From the NCBI GenBank assembly GCA_964350815.1, contig CAYGKW010000002.1, forward strand, positions 24,447 to 88,446: a DNA stretch of 64,000 bases. Reading direction: 5' to 3'. This DNA comes from an uncultured Rhizobiaceae bacterium. GTDB lineage: Bacteria > Pseudomonadota > Alphaproteobacteria > UBA7879 > VGCX01. The notes beneath the pieces are model-generated. The model was not told the origin of the DNA, did no database searches, and saw only the letters and a list, made by a program, of their open reading frames with translations. Each line of letters begins with the position of its first letter. Position 1 is the first letter of the stretch. Positions 49,124 through 60,870 of the stretch are shown here, piece by piece. Position numbers and translations under genes: made by a program.

Positions 49124-49621
49124 ATGCCACAACTTGATCCATCATATTTTGGTCCCCAACTTTTTTGGCTGATTATCAGTTTTGTTATCTTGCTTTTGGG
49201 TATGCGGTATATCATTTTACCGCGTTTGAATAGTATACTGAAATCCCGAGAAAAACTGTTGGATAAAAAACTGGCCCAGATTCAAGACCTGGAAAGTAAT
49301 GCAGAGCAAATAGCAATGGAGGCAAAACTTCAGTTAAAAGAAGCCCAGGATGAATCTAAAAAATTAATCCTTAAGGTTAAAGCAGAATTAAGCCAAGAAA
49401 TTATTGATGCAAAAAAACAGTTGGCAGAAAAAAATGTTCAGCAATTGCACGAAACAAATGATGGCCTTAAAAAGGAAGTTGATAAAATCATTCAAGAAAT
49501 TCATGAAAAAAAACCGGCGTTGGCTGCCATGGTTTTGCAAAAAATACTTGGGCATGAAGTGGGTGAAAAAGAATGTAAGAAGATTCTAGAAAAGGGGTTT
49601 GATCATGATAAATTGGACTGA
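49124..49621 (+). CDS. F0F1 ATP synthase subunit b'
   Basis: MPQLDPSYFGPQLFWL, ILPRLNSILKSR, coiled coil. Confidence 0.9.
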   Translation: MPQLDPSYFGPQLFWLIISFVILLLGMRYIILPRLNSILKSREKLLDKKLAQIQDLESNAEQIAMEAKLQLKEAQDESKKLILKVKAELSQEIIDAKKQLAEKNVQQLHETNDGLKKEVDKIIQEIHEKKPALAAMVLQKILGHEVGEKECKKILEKGFDHDKLD

Positions 49622-50096
49622 TCCCCAGATTTGGATCCTTGTTTCTTTTGCCATTTTTATTATTGGTATTGGGATTCCAGCTGCCCGAAAAGGCAAATAC
49701 CAACTGGACCAAAGGTCACATATGATTGCAAGGCAGGTAAGAGAAGTTGCTGATTTATATGAAGAAACTTTACATCTTTTGAAAAAACAAAAACAAGAAT
49801 TTGCCTCTATAAACGATCTTGTTGGCCGCATTAAAATGGAAACAGAGCAAGAAATAGAAGAAATAGAAAAAATTAAAAAAAAGCAGCTGGTTACGATAAA
49901 AAAAATACATGATTCCAGATTAGACAAACAAATTAAGCTGGTTAAAGAACAATACATTAATGATGTGGTAGACCAAGCTTTGATAGATGTTATAAAAGTT
50001 GTTAACCATTATATAAAGCACAGTTTATCAGCCAAACAGCTTCAAGAATTTAATGATGATGCGATTAATTTAGTACATTTTGCAAGCAATAAATAA
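49605..50096 (+). CDS. atpF: F0F1 ATP synthase subunit b (divergent)
   Basis: DPQIWILVSFAIF, LDQRS; position after b'. Confidence 0.8.
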   Translation: MINWTDPQIWILVSFAIFIIGIGIPAARKGKYQLDQRSHMIARQVREVADLYEETLHLLKKQKQEFASINDLVGRIKMETEQEIEEIEKIKKKQLVTIKKIHDSRLDKQIKLVKEQYINDVVDQALIDVIKVVNHYIKHSLSAKQLQEFNDDAINLVHFASNK

Positions 50097-50116
50097 TTTT
50101 TTAAAGAGTATAGATA

Positions 50117-51385
50117 ATGAAAATCACAGTAATTGGATTGGGCTATGTTGGGTTGCCATTGGCCGCGGCCTTAACAAATAAATATGACGTTACTGGCTTT
50201 GATGTTAATGCCAATAGAATTAAAGAATTAGAAAAAAATTATGATAGAACAGCCGAATTAGATTCAGCAATTCTTGAAACCTTGGATATCAAATTTACAT
50301 GCGATGAAAAAGATATCAAAAATCAGGATATATACATTGTTACGGTACCAACACCGGTTGATAGCAATAATAAGCCAGACTTAACCATTATTAAAAAAGT
50401 TTCAGAGATGTTGGGGTCCCTTTTATCTAAAGGGGCAATAGTTGTTTATGAAAGTACCGTTTATCCCGGTGTTACAGAGGATATTTGCGGTAAAATTATT
50501 GAAGAAAAATCAGGGTTAAAATCCGGCAAAGATTTCTTTTTAGGGTATTCGCCTGAACGTATTAATCCAGGCGATAAACAGCACACAATATACAGTATTA
50601 CAAAAGTTGTGGCTGGCCAAACACCTGAGGTTACAAAAAAACTTGAAGAAATGTACAGCCAGGTAACAGAAGTTTTTGTAGCAAAAAATATTAAAACAGC
50701 TGAGGCTGCCAAAGTTATTGAAAATTCACAACGTGATATTAATATTGCCTTTGTAAATGAAATCACCCAGATTTTTTCAAAGCTTGGGATATCAATTTAT
50801 GATGTTCTGGATGCTGCAAAAACAAAGTGGAATTTTTTACCCTTTACCCCTGGTCTTGTTGGGGGCCACTGTATTGGGGTTGACCCATACTATCTTGCAG
50901 AATGTTCAAAAAAAGCGGGGCATAACCCAGAAGTAATTTTATCAGGTCGCCGGACAAATGATGCCATGGGGGCCATGGTGGCAAACCAAGTGCACCATAT
51001 TTTATCCCAAGATACAGGATATGGGGATTCAAAGAAAATTTTAGTGCTTGGGCTTACTTTTAAAGAAAATGTCCCTGACTTAAGAAACAGTAAGGTTATT
51101 GATGTTATCAAAGGGTTGGAAAATTTTGGGTATTCTATTGATGTTGTCGACCCATATGCAGATCCAAAAGAAGCCAAACATGAATATAATGTTGACTTAA
51201 AGGATATGAATGCTATTGAAAGTTCAAAATATCATGCAGCATTATTATTAGTTTCGCATGATGCGTTTATAAAACAGCAAGACCATATTATCGGGAAGCT
51301 TAATGAAGGGGCGCTGATCTTTGATATAAAAAGGGCGTGGGACGCGACCCGTGTCCCGAAAAACTATAGGTTTACAACGCTGTAA
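50117..51385 (+). CDS. Nucleotide-sugar (UDP-GlcNAc/GalNAc) 6-dehydrogenase, WbpO/TviB-like
   Basis: GLGYVGLP, ESTVYPG, SPERINPG, GGHCIGVDPYYL, FKENVPDLRNS. Confidence 0.92.
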   Translation: MKITVIGLGYVGLPLAAALTNKYDVTGFDVNANRIKELEKNYDRTAELDSAILETLDIKFTCDEKDIKNQDIYIVTVPTPVDSNNKPDLTIIKKVSEMLGSLLSKGAIVVYESTVYPGVTEDICGKIIEEKSGLKSGKDFFLGYSPERINPGDKQHTIYSITKVVAGQTPEVTKKLEEMYSQVTEVFVAKNIKTAEAAKVIENSQRDINIAFVNEITQIFSKLGISIYDVLDAAKTKWNFLPFTPGLVGGHCIGVDPYYLAECSKKAGHNPEVILSGRRTNDAMGAMVANQVHHILSQDTGYGDSKKILVLGLTFKENVPDLRNSKVIDVIKGLENFGYSIDVVDPYADPKEAKHEYNVDLKDMNAIESSKYHAALLLVSHDAFIKQQDHIIGKLNEGALIFDIKRAWDATRVPKNYRFTTL

Positions 51386-51433
51386 TAAAAAATTATCATA
51401 AAGCAATTATAACAAAATACTGGGAGCTTTTTT

Positions 51434-52543
51434 ATGAAGTATTTTTACTTACTTCTTTTAACTTTTATATTTGCATTTTCATCAACTGCATCTTCAGAAA
51501 ACTACAAACCCGCAAAAAAATTAAAAGTGGGGGTTATGTATAAATCTAAGCCTTTTTCATGGCTTTCAGAAGACGGTAAATACTATGGTGCTTCTGTAGA
51601 TATGTGGGAATTTATTGCAAAAGAAATGGGCTGGGACTATGAATACGTAAAAGCCGGACCGAATACAACTGATGCTGTTAAGCGGGTTGCCAGTAAAGAA
51701 CTGGACGTACTTGTGGGGCCAATTTCGACAACAGAACAAAGGCTTGCCTTAGGAATTCAATATTCCAGACCTTACTTCTTAAATTTTATTGGGGGGGCAA
51801 TTAAAAAGCCTGGGAAAAAAAATCTGGTTGTTCTTATCGGGTCAAGCCTAGCAGCACAGCTGGGGGTTTTGCTTCCTTTCATGATTGGGGCCTTCCTTGT
51901 TGTAGCGTTAATTTTTTATATTATGGATAATTGGAAAAATCTTTTTGATAAAAAGAATTTCTTTAAAAACATGGGAAATTCCGTATGGGAAGCGATCATG
52001 GTTTTGGTGATGGGGCAATTGCTTGAAGATTCCAAGAGACCCTTGAAACGCCTGATATTATTAATGTATTTACTTGTAGCCATTGTTTTATTTTCAATTG
52101 TTGTTGGGACAGTGACATCAACAATTACAATGATTGAAAATGAAAAACGACAAGAACAATTTATGTCAACAGATGATGTGGTTGGTAAAAAAGTTGCGGC
52201 TGTTTCTGGAAACTTAAGTGAAAAATTGGCTGCGAAGACAGGTGCCACCACAGTAGGATACCCAGACAGAGATGCAACACTGGAAGCTGTTGCTAAAGGG
52301 GAAGCCTACGCAACAGTAGGGGATTACTTGACATTAAAGTCAGCTGTGGATGATCGACCTGACTTGGATTTGGTGATGACAACTTTAAATTTGAGAAATG
52401 ATGAGCTTGCCTTTGTCTTTCAAGAAAATAGCCCGTTAATTAAAATTTTCAATCAGCGCTTGGTTAGGTTGCAAGACTTAGACTTTGCTGAAGCAATATG
52501 TAGTAAATTCTTAGGGGATAAAGCCCACTGGTGCATTCTGTAA
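51434..52543 (+). CDS. GluR0-like ligand-gated ion channel (split SBP3 domain with TM-pore-TM insert)
   Basis: Signal peptide; S1 (KPF...GASVD...GPISTTEQR...YSRPY), M1, P segment NSVWEAIMVLVMGQ, M2 ...VGTVTSTIT, S2 (GKKVAAVSG...AFVFQENSPL). Confidence 0.8.
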   Translation: MKYFYLLLLTFIFAFSSTASSENYKPAKKLKVGVMYKSKPFSWLSEDGKYYGASVDMWEFIAKEMGWDYEYVKAGPNTTDAVKRVASKELDVLVGPISTTEQRLALGIQYSRPYFLNFIGGAIKKPGKKNLVVLIGSSLAAQLGVLLPFMIGAFLVVALIFYIMDNWKNLFDKKNFFKNMGNSVWEAIMVLVMGQLLEDSKRPLKRLILLMYLLVAIVLFSIVVGTVTSTITMIENEKRQEQFMSTDDVVGKKVAAVSGNLSEKLAAKTGATTVGYPDRDATLEAVAKGEAYATVGDYLTLKSAVDDRPDLDLVMTTLNLRNDELAFVFQENSPLIKIFNQRLVRLQDLDFAEAICSKFLGDKAHWCIL

Positions 52544-52646
52544 TTTTAAAAATAAGTCCTTAAATATACAACTGAAACTTAATTTCATATCTTTGAGCCT
52601 ATGGCGAAACCTGATATAATGTCCATAAATTAAGAAAAGGATTAAA

Positions 52647-55496
52647 ATGTCGCCAGCTGACTTTGAAAAAAATGCATATTTATTCAGGGCTAATACTCCA
52701 TTTATTGTAAGCTTGTATGAAAAATATTTACAAGATCCAAAAGCTGTATCGCAAGAATGGGCAGATTTTTTTAAGGAATTGGGTGGCGACCAGCTGAAGG
52801 ATCTTCAAATTGAAAGTCAGGGGCCATCATGGGGACAAAAAATTATCTATGATACGGTTGATAAAGAAGAAGTTTCCCTGCAAAAGATAGAAGATCGAAG
52901 CTTAGAAGATATTCAAAATTCTATTCGGGCCTTAATGATGATACGTGTTTACCGCGTGCGTGGACATTTGGCTGCTGAACTTGACCCCTTGAAACTTGAC
53001 CATCCACAAAAAATTCATCCAGAACTTGATCCAAAAACGTATGGATTTACAGAGGCAGACTTAGATAAAGAAATATTTATTGATGGTGTTCTTGGGCTTC
53101 AGTACGCAACTTTACGAGTTGTTTTAGAAATTTTACGCAAAAAATATTGTGGCCACGTGGCTGTTGAATTTATGCATAGCCAAGATCCAGATCAAAAAAG
53201 TTGGATACAAGCTTTGATGGAGGATGAATATCTTGAAAACAAAGTGGCAGCAGAAACTAAAAAAGAAATCATGTCAGACTTGTTTAAAGCAGAACAGTTT
53301 GAACTTTTTTTAAATGCAAAAAATCCGGGGGCAAAAAAGTTTGGTATAGAAGGATGTGAATCCGTTGTTTCAGGTCTTTTAGAGGCGTTAAGAGCATCTA
53401 CAGATGTAGGGGTTGATCAAACAGTATTGGGTATGGCACACCGCGGGCGTATTAACGTATTGGCCAATGTTTTAGGAAAACCCCTTTCGCGAATTTTTTA
53501 TGAATTTACGGGGGAAAGTTACTACGAAAAGTCGGTTAAAGGGTCTGGCGATGTTAAGTATCACTTAGGATATTCTAGTACTCAGGAAATTTCTGGAAAG
53601 AAAATGAAAATTTCTTTAACTGCAAACCCTTCCCACCTTGAAGCTGTGGATCCAGTTGTTCTTGGGCGTGTTCGTGCAAAACAAGAAGAGGAAAATGATG
53701 CAGCGAGAGGTAAGGTTATGGGGATCTTGCTTCATGGGGATGCTGCCTTTCCAGGGCAGGGCTTAGTTGCTGAATGCTTTGGATTAAGTGAGCTGGAAGG
53801 GTATCGTACAGGTGGAACATTACATGTTGTTGTTAATAACCAAATTGGATTCACAACATCCCCACATTATGCAAGATCTTCTGCTTATTCATCAGAATTG
53901 GCAAAGGTTGTGCAGGCCCCAATTTTTCATGTGAATGGGGATGATCCAGAAGCTGTATCTTTTTGCATGCGAGCTGCTGCAAAATTCCGCCAGAAATTCA
54001 ATAAAGATGTGGTTGTGGATATATGGGGATACCGTCGTTACGGTCACAACGAAGCAGATGATCCATCTTTCACACAACCAAAAATGTATCAAGCCATATC
54101 AAAAAAAGAAAGCGTTACAAGTCTTTATAAAAAGAAATTACTTGCTGAAAATGTGTTGTTAGAAGATGAATCTAGAAAATGGCAAGAGGATTATAAAAAG
54201 AAATTAGAAACCGCATTTAGAAAGGCAAAAAACAAACTGGTAACAGAGCCTGATTGGTTTGAAGGGCGTTGGAAAAAATATGCCAAAGGCAATCGTTCAT
54301 ACAGCAGTTTAACTTCAAAAGAAGATTTGAAATCTATTGGTTTAGAGATTTTAACAAATTTCCCAGAAGGATTTAATATCCACAAAAGAATTCCAAAAAT
54401 TTTTGATCAAAAAAAGAAGGCTTTAAATGAAGGGCAGGGAATTGATTGGGCAATGGCTGAATCTTTGGCTTTTGCAATTCTATTAACCAATGGATATCCA
54501 GTGCGTCTAAGTGGTCAAGATTCGGGTCGTGGCACTTTTTCCCAACGGCATGCAGTGTTGATTGATCAAAAAGATGAAAGTAAATTTATCCCTTTAAATA
54601 ATTTGGAAAAGGGTAAGCGAAAAATAGAAATTATAGATAGCCCTTTATCAGAGGCATCTGTATTGGGGTTTGAATATGGTTATACAACATCGGATCCAGA
54701 AGCATTAGTCATGTGGGAAGCCCAATTTGGGGATTTCAGCAATGGGGCACAGGTTATCATTGACCAATTTATTTCATCTAGTGAAAGTAAATGGTATCGA
54801 TTATCAGGTTTGGTTATGTTATTGCCGCATGGATATGAAGGGATGGGGCCTGAACATTCTTCGGCCCGTATTGAACGTTATCTACAATTATGTGCTGAAA
54901 ATAATATGCGGATTGCAAATTGTACGACACCTGCCAATTATTTTCATTTACTATGCCGCCAGGTTATGGCGACTGAGCGTAAACCCTTGGTTGTATTCAC
55001 CCCTAAATCATTATTACGGCATAAATCTGCTGTTTCTTCTTTGTCTGATATGGCGAAAGGTCAATCTTTTAAGCCTGTTATTGAAGAAGTTAATGAGAAA
55101 ATTAAAGCAGAAAAAGTTAAGCGTGTTATCTTATGCGCAGGTAAAATTTATTACGATTTACAGTTGTATCGTGATCAAGAAAAACTTGAAAATGTTGCCA
55201 TTATTCGTGTTGAAGAACTTTACCCGTTTCCAGAGAAAGAACTGAAAAAAATACTTAAGCCATATGGGAAGGCTGAATTTGTTTGGTGTCAGGAAGAGCC
55301 TAAAAATATGGGGGCTTGGCACTTTATAGATCGTCGTCTAGAATCAGTTTTAATGGATTTAAAATTTAAACACTATCGGCCCCATTATATTGGAAGGCCG
55401 GAGGCTGCCTCCCCTGCCACAGGATTTTCAAAAGTGCATAGTGTAGAGCAAGAACAATTAGTAAAAGAAGCCTTGAATTATAAGAAAGGGAAATAA
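52647..55496 (+). CDS. sucA: 2-oxoglutarate dehydrogenase E1
   Basis: [41 protein letters not shown]. Confidence 0.97.
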   Translation: MSPADFEKNAYLFRANTPFIVSLYEKYLQDPKAVSQEWADFFKELGGDQLKDLQIESQGPSWGQKIIYDTVDKEEVSLQKIEDRSLEDIQNSIRALMMIRVYRVRGHLAAELDPLKLDHPQKIHPELDPKTYGFTEADLDKEIFIDGVLGLQYATLRVVLEILRKKYCGHVAVEFMHSQDPDQKSWIQALMEDEYLENKVAAETKKEIMSDLFKAEQFELFLNAKNPGAKKFGIEGCESVVSGLLEALRASTDVGVDQTVLGMAHRGRINVLANVLGKPLSRIFYEFTGESYYEKSVKGSGDVKYHLGYSSTQEISGKKMKISLTANPSHLEAVDPVVLGRVRAKQEEENDAARGKVMGILLHGDAAFPGQGLVAECFGLSELEGYRTGGTLHVVVNNQIGFTTSPHYARSSAYSSELAKVVQAPIFHVNGDDPEAVSFCMRAAAKFRQKFNKDVVVDIWGYRRYGHNEADDPSFTQPKMYQAISKKESVTSLYKKKLLAENVLLEDESRKWQEDYKKKLETAFRKAKNKLVTEPDWFEGRWKKYAKGNRSYSSLTSKEDLKSIGLEILTNFPEGFNIHKRIPKIFDQKKKALNEGQGIDWAMAESLAFAILLTNGYPVRLSGQDSGRGTFSQRHAVLIDQKDESKFIPLNNLEKGKRKIEIIDSPLSEASVLGFEYGYTTSDPEALVMWEAQFGDFSNGAQVIIDQFISSSESKWYRLSGLVMLLPHGYEGMGPEHSSARIERYLQLCAENNMRIANCTTPANYFHLLCRQVMATERKPLVVFTPKSLLRHKSAVSSLSDMAKGQSFKPVIEEVNEKIKAEKVKRVILCAGKIYYDLQLYRDQEKLENVAIIRVEELYPFPEKELKKILKPYGKAEFVWCQEEPKNMGAWHFIDRRLESVLMDLKFKHYRPHYIGRPEAASPATGFSKVHSVEQEQLVKEALNYKKGK

Positions 55497-55498
55497 GT

Positions 55499-56692
55499 AT
55501 GGACATAAAAGTTCCTGAACTTGGAGAATCAATTACCGAAGCAACCGTTGCCAGTTGGCTTAAGAAAGAGGGCGATTCTGTTGAGGCAGATGAGCCTATA
55601 GTAGAGCTGGAAACAGATAAAATCACAATGGAAGTTGGGGCGCCAACGGCAGGAGTTGTTGGTTCAATTAAAGTTAAAGAAGGTGATACCGTAGGTGTTG
55701 GCGAAGTCTTAGGATCCATAGATGAAAATGGAGAAGCGTCCGCCCAATCTTCTAAAGAAGAAGAAAAAAAAGAAGAAACGAAAGAAGAAGAACCTGAAGA
55801 AGAAAAATCAGAGTCAAAATCTTCTGACAATGACAAAGTTTTATCACCAGCTGCACGAAAAATTGCAGAAGAAAAAAACATTGATACCAGTAAAGTTAAA
55901 GGTACTGGGAAAGATGGGCGTATTACAAAAGAAGATGTTTCAGGGCAGTCTGAATCTAAATCAGAATCATTGAAAAAACCCTCTTCATCACAAGGGCAAG
56001 AAGAACGTGTCCGAATGACGCGCTTGCGTCAACGTATTGCAGAACGTTTGAAAGAATCCCAACAGACAGCCGCACTACTTACAACGTTCAATGAAATTGA
56101 TATGACAAATGTCATGGCATTAAGGTCCCAGCATAAAGAAACGTTTTTAAAGCGCCATGGAACAAAGCTTGGGTTTATGTCTTTCTTTACAAAAGCAGCA
56201 GTGGCGGCATTGAAAGAGATTCCAGCAGTCAATGCTGAAATAGACGGCAATGAAGTCATTTATAAAAATTATTACAATATTGGAATGGCTGTGGGGACTG
56301 AACAAGGTTTGGTTGTGCCAGTTGTTAAAAAAGCGGATAATCTAAGTTTTGCCGGTGTTGAAAAGGCCATTGTTGAATTTGCAGACAAAGCACGCAGTGG
56401 TAAATTAAGCATGGATGATTTAAGTGGCGGGACGTTCACGATTACAAATGGGGGTGTGTACGGATCTTTGATGTCGACACCCATTGTAAACCCCCCCCAA
56501 TCAGGGATTTTAGGGTTGCATAAAATTGAAAAACGTCCTGTTGTCATAAATGATCAGGTGGTTATTCGCCCAATGATGTATGTTGCTTTAACTTATGACC
56601 ATCGTTTGATTGATGGAAAGGAAGCTGTGACATTCTTGGTGCGCGTCAAAGAATTTATTGAAAACCCAGAACGTTTATTGCTGGAGGTGTAA
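55499..56692 (+). CDS. sucB: 2-oxoglutarate dehydrogenase E2 (dihydrolipoyl succinyltransferase)
   Basis: LETDK lipoyl site, [26 protein letters not shown]. Confidence 0.97.
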   Translation: MDIKVPELGESITEATVASWLKKEGDSVEADEPIVELETDKITMEVGAPTAGVVGSIKVKEGDTVGVGEVLGSIDENGEASAQSSKEEEKKEETKEEEPEEEKSESKSSDNDKVLSPAARKIAEEKNIDTSKVKGTGKDGRITKEDVSGQSESKSESLKKPSSSQGQEERVRMTRLRQRIAERLKESQQTAALLTTFNEIDMTNVMALRSQHKETFLKRHGTKLGFMSFFTKAAVAALKEIPAVNAEIDGNEVIYKNYYNIGMAVGTEQGLVVPVVKKADNLSFAGVEKAIVEFADKARSGKLSMDDLSGGTFTITNGGVYGSLMSTPIVNPPQSGILGLHKIEKRPVVINDQVVIRPMMYVALTYDHRLIDGKEAVTFLVRVKEFIENPERLLLEV

Positions 56693-58084
56693 ATGTCACA
56701 ACAGTATGATGTCCTTATAATTGGTGCTGGTCCTGGGGGGTATGTTTGTGCGATTAAAGCTGCCCAATTGGGGTTAAAAGTTGCGTGTATTGAAAAAGAA
56801 AAAACGTTGGGTGGGGTTTGTTTGAATGTTGGCTGCATTCCATCAAAGTCTTTACTGCATGCCACAAAAAAATATACAGACATTTTAACCCATGCAAAAG
56901 AGTGGGGAATTACAGCAAAATCAGTAACTTGTGACGTAAAAACCATGATCGCAAAGAAAGATAAGGTTGTTTTGGAATTAACCCATGGCATTGATTATTT
57001 ATTTAAAAAAAATAAGGTGACTTCAATTCAAGGGGAAGCAACATTTGTCAGCTCAACTGAAGTAAAAGTCAAAGATAAAACCTACACAGCCAAAAGTATT
57101 GTTATTGCGACGGGATCGTCCAGTGCCAATATTCCAAACGTAACTGTTGATGAAAAAGTTGTATTGTCATCAACGGGTGCTTTGTCTTTAACAAAAGTTC
57201 CAAAGAAAATGGTTGTGATTGGCGGGGGGTATATTGGGCTTGAAATGGGATCTGTATGGCAACGCCTGGGTACGGATGTAACCGTTGTTGAATATGCTGA
57301 TACAATTGTTCCTGCAATGGATCAAGAAGTTGCAAAGGAACTTAAAAAACAGCTGGAAAAACAAGGTATAAAATTTAAATTGGCAACAAAGGTGACCAAA
57401 GTTGATAGTGGTAAATCTGGGGCCAAAGTAACCATTGAACCCAAATCTGACGGCAAGTCTGAAACATTATCGGTTGATGTTGTTCTTGTTTCTGTTGGGC
57501 GCAAACCAAATACGGATAAACTTGGTTTAGATAAGGCCAAAGTTGATGTGGATGATAGGGGCGTAATCAAAGTCGATAAAAAATATAAAACATCGGCTGA
57601 TGGTATCTATGCCATTGGGGATGTGATTCCGGGGCCGATGCTTGCACATAAGGCTGAAGAAGAAGGTGTCGCAGTTGCGGAAATTCTTGTAGGACAGGCA
57701 GGTCATGTGGATTATGGCACAATTCCAGCTGTAATTTATACGTATCCAGAAGTGGCGTCTGTTGGAAAAACGGAAGAAGATCTTAAAAAAGATAATGTGG
57801 ATTATAAGGTTGGAAAGTTTCCTTTTATGGCCAATTCCCGCGCAAAAGCCGTAGGAGATACAACCGGTTTTGTGAAATTATTAACTGATAAAAAAACAGA
57901 CCGTATTTTGGGCGCCCATATTATTTCGGCAGATGCAGGAACTTTAATTACAGAAATAACTTTGGGTATGGAATATAAGGCATCGGCTGAAGATATTGCC
58001 CGGATATGTCATCCCCATCCAACAACAAGTGAGGCAGTTAAAGAAGCCGCGCTGGCGGCTTACTTCAAGCCAATACATGTATAG
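56693..58084 (+). CDS. lpdA: Dihydrolipoyl dehydrogenase
   Basis: GAGPGG, GGVCLNVGCIPSK, HPTTSE. Confidence 0.97.
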   Translation: MSQQYDVLIIGAGPGGYVCAIKAAQLGLKVACIEKEKTLGGVCLNVGCIPSKSLLHATKKYTDILTHAKEWGITAKSVTCDVKTMIAKKDKVVLELTHGIDYLFKKNKVTSIQGEATFVSSTEVKVKDKTYTAKSIVIATGSSSANIPNVTVDEKVVLSSTGALSLTKVPKKMVVIGGGYIGLEMGSVWQRLGTDVTVVEYADTIVPAMDQEVAKELKKQLEKQGIKFKLATKVTKVDSGKSGAKVTIEPKSDGKSETLSVDVVLVSVGRKPNTDKLGLDKAKVDVDDRGVIKVDKKYKTSADGIYAIGDVIPGPMLAHKAEEEGVAVAEILVGQAGHVDYGTIPAVIYTYPEVASVGKTEEDLKKDNVDYKVGKFPFMANSRAKAVGDTTGFVKLLTDKKTDRILGAHIISADAGTLITEITLGMEYKASAEDIARICHPHPTTSEAVKEAALAAYFKPIHV

Positions 58085-58086
58085 TT

Positions 58087-59499
58087 ATGACAAACCGTAA
58101 AGTAAAAATTATTGCAACATTGGGGCCTGCTTCAAATAACAGTCAGACCATCCAATCTTTGGTTAAAGCAGGGGTTAATGTTTTTCGGGTTAATATGTCA
58201 CATGGCGAACATGACCAGCACAAAAAGTCGATTGATTTAATTCGTGAAGCCGAAAAAAAACTGGAACAGCCCATTGCCATCCTTGCCGATTTACAAGGAC
58301 CCAAATTACGAATTGCAAGATTTAAAGAAGGTCAGGTTTTTTTAGAAAAAGGGCAAGAGTTTGTTTTGGATCTTGAACCAAAGCCAGGTAACAGTAACCG
58401 GGTTACCTTTCCCCATCCAGAAATATTTCCACATATTTTATCGGGAATGACTGTTTTATTAAACGATGGCAATATACGTTTAAAAGTAACACTGGCAAAT
58501 CACAGTGAAATTCAAACAGAGGTTCTTGAGGGTGGTACTTTATCTGATAATAAAGGGGTGAACCTGCCAGATACAGAGTTACCCATCCCCGCATTAACAA
58601 AAAAAGATAAAAAGGATATAGACTTTTTAATTGGAACATCAGTTGATTATGTGGGGCTTTCTTTCGTACAGCGGCCAGAAGATGTTTTGGATTTAAAACG
58701 TATTCTAGGCGGTAGAAAGGCCGTTCTTTCCAAAATAGAAAAACCACAAGCCATTGATAATCTTGAAGAAATTATAGATCTATCAGATGGCATTATGGTG
58801 GCGCGTGGGGATTTGGGTGTTGAAATGTCCCCTGAAAAAGTGCCACCCATTCAAAAGAAAATTATTCGCCTTTCCAAGAAAAAAGGCAAACCCGTTGTTG
58901 TGGCGACCCAAATGCTAGAATCAATGATTGAACGGTCAACCCCCACACGGGCAGAGGCTACAGATGTAGCAACAGCCGTTTATGATGGAGCAGACGCAGT
59001 TATGTTATCTGCAGAATCTGCTGTTGGAAAATACCCAGTTGAATCTGTTGAAATGATGGCAAAAATTATTTCTGCTGTTGAAAAGGATGGGCAATATATT
59101 GATAATTTAAAGCGATTGGCAGAAAAGGCAGATGATGATGTTTCAGATTCCATTACGGCTGCAGCGCGGCAATTAAGTGAAACATTAGAAGCCGCGGCCA
59201 TCGTTACCTATACAGCAACAGGATTGACAGCTTTGCGGGTCTCCCATAAAAAACCACAAGCCCCTATTTTAGCAATGACAAATAAAGTTGAAACATCTAG
59301 AAAGCTGTGTCTTTCATGGGGCGTTATTCCAAATTTGGTTGATGACCTTAAAAGCCTGGATGAAATGATTGAAAAAGCCATTGAACGATCTAAAGAAGCA
59401 GGCTTAGTTAAAAAAGGGGATAAAATTGTTATGACTTGTGGTATCCCTTTTGGGAACCCTGGAACAACAAATGTTATTAATGTGGAACTTATTAAATAA
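58087..59499 (+). CDS. pyk: Pyruvate kinase
   Basis: KIIATLGPAS, RVNMSHG, DLQGPK, KIE, MVARGDLGVE, ATQMLESM, PTRAE. Confidence 0.97.
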   Translation: MTNRKVKIIATLGPASNNSQTIQSLVKAGVNVFRVNMSHGEHDQHKKSIDLIREAEKKLEQPIAILADLQGPKLRIARFKEGQVFLEKGQEFVLDLEPKPGNSNRVTFPHPEIFPHILSGMTVLLNDGNIRLKVTLANHSEIQTEVLEGGTLSDNKGVNLPDTELPIPALTKKDKKDIDFLIGTSVDYVGLSFVQRPEDVLDLKRILGGRKAVLSKIEKPQAIDNLEEIIDLSDGIMVARGDLGVEMSPEKVPPIQKKIIRLSKKKGKPVVVATQMLESMIERSTPTRAEATDVATAVYDGADAVMLSAESAVGKYPVESVEMMAKIISAVEKDGQYIDNLKRLAEKADDDVSDSITAAARQLSETLEAAAIVTYTATGLTALRVSHKKPQAPILAMTNKVETSRKLCLSWGVIPNLVDDLKSLDEMIEKAIERSKEAGLVKKGDKIVMTCGIPFGNPGTTNVINVELIK

Positions 59500-60260
59500 T
59501 GAAGCCTACCAAACATAAAAATCAAAATATTTCTTATAACTTCAGAGGCGAACCCTTATACGGTGTGCACGCCTGTTTTGCCGCTTTGGAAAATGAAACT
59601 CGACAGTTTTTTAGGATTTTTGTAACGCAAAAATATCATGCAGACGTTGTTAAAAAAGACTATGGCTGTCCAGTTGATATTGTGACAGGAGAACAATTAG
59701 CAAAACTAATTGGTGAAGATTCTGTCCACCAAGGTATTGCAATTGATGCAAGGCCTCTGCCAGAAAAAAGCTTGGAAGATATTATTGAGAATTCTGCTGA
59801 ATCAAGTTCCTTATTGGTTTTGGACCAGGTGACAGATCCCCATAACATTGGGGCAATTTTACGGTCTTGTGCTGTATTTGGTATTGATGCGCTGGTTTTA
59901 ACAGAACGCCACAGCCCCAAAGTAACAGGTGTGTTGGCAAAAATTGCCTCAGGCGCACTAGAGAAAGTTCCTTTAATTTACATTGGCAATATGGTGCAAG
60001 CTTTAAATCAAATGAAAAAATGCGGTTATTGGATAAGTGGGCTTGCAGAAGAAGGGGATCAGTTTGCACATCAAATGAAGTTTGATGGCAAGACAGCTTT
60101 GGTTATGGGGGCTGAAGGATCTGGATTAAGACGGATGACAAGGGAAACGTGTGACATACTTGTCAAATTACCAACATCTGATACATTTAGTACATTAAAT
60201 GTATCAAATGCCGCGGCCATTATTTTGTATGAGGCCCATCGACAGAACTTAAAGGAATAA
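59499..60260 (+). CDS. rlmB: 23S rRNA Gm2251 methyltransferase (TrmH/SpoU family)
   Basis: LYGVHA, HQG, DPHNIGAILRS, GAEGSG, LNVSNA. Confidence 0.9.
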   Translation: MKPTKHKNQNISYNFRGEPLYGVHACFAALENETRQFFRIFVTQKYHADVVKKDYGCPVDIVTGEQLAKLIGEDSVHQGIAIDARPLPEKSLEDIIENSAESSSLLVLDQVTDPHNIGAILRSCAVFGIDALVLTERHSPKVTGVLAKIASGALEKVPLIYIGNMVQALNQMKKCGYWISGLAEEGDQFAHQMKFDGKTALVMGAEGSGLRRMTRETCDILVKLPTSDTFSTLNVSNAAAIILYEAHRQNLKE

Positions 60261-60262
60261 AT

Positions 60263-60862
60263 ATGAATTGGAACTGGGGAATTCTTGAAATTAGCGTAAT
60301 TGCCATTGCTTACTTGGTTGGGTCAATACCCTTTGGATTATTGCTAACGAAGGCAGCAGGTAAAGGGGATATTCGTAAAATTGGGTCTGGGAACATTGGG
60401 GCGACGAATGTGTTGCGCACAGGCAGTAAAAAGCTGGCCTTATATACTATGTTGCTTGATTTGATCAAAGGATTTGCCGTTGTTTATTTTGCCAAGCATT
60501 TGAACCTTTTTTTTGAAGCGTCCATTGCGGTTATGCTGGGGCACTTATATCCTGTATGGCTTAAATTTAAAGGTGGTAAAGGTGCTGCAACATACGGTGG
60601 GGTTCTTTTTGCATTAAGTTGGCCTTTGGGGATACAGGCATTTATTGCCTGGGGGGCTTTTTTGGCCTTATTCCACTATTCTTCCCTGGCAGCATTATTA
60701 ACCAGCCTTTTGGTGCCATTTACAATTTGGCTCTGGCATTATCCAGATATTTTTGAAGTATCATTGGTTTTGACGGCCTTAATTTGGATTCGTCATATTG
60801 ATAATATTAAGCGCTTAATCAAAGGGACAGAACCCCAAGTTGGTTCAAAGAAAAAGAAATAG
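60263..60862 (+). CDS. plsY: Glycerol-3-phosphate acyltransferase
   Basis: YLVGSIPFG, GSGNIGATNVLR, GHLYP, FKGGKG, HIDNIKRL. Confidence 0.95.
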   Translation: MNWNWGILEISVIAIAYLVGSIPFGLLLTKAAGKGDIRKIGSGNIGATNVLRTGSKKLALYTMLLDLIKGFAVVYFAKHLNLFFEASIAVMLGHLYPVWLKFKGGKGAATYGGVLFALSWPLGIQAFIAWGAFLALFHYSSLAALLTSLLVPFTIWLWHYPDIFEVSLVLTALIWIRHIDNIKRLIKGTEPQVGSKKKK

Positions 60863-60870
60863 CCAGTCTT

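Noticed and set aside
52246-52266. TTVGYPD, resembling a K+ filter TVGYG
   Set aside because: Lies in the soluble S2 lobe after the last TM helix, not in the pore loop; coincidental
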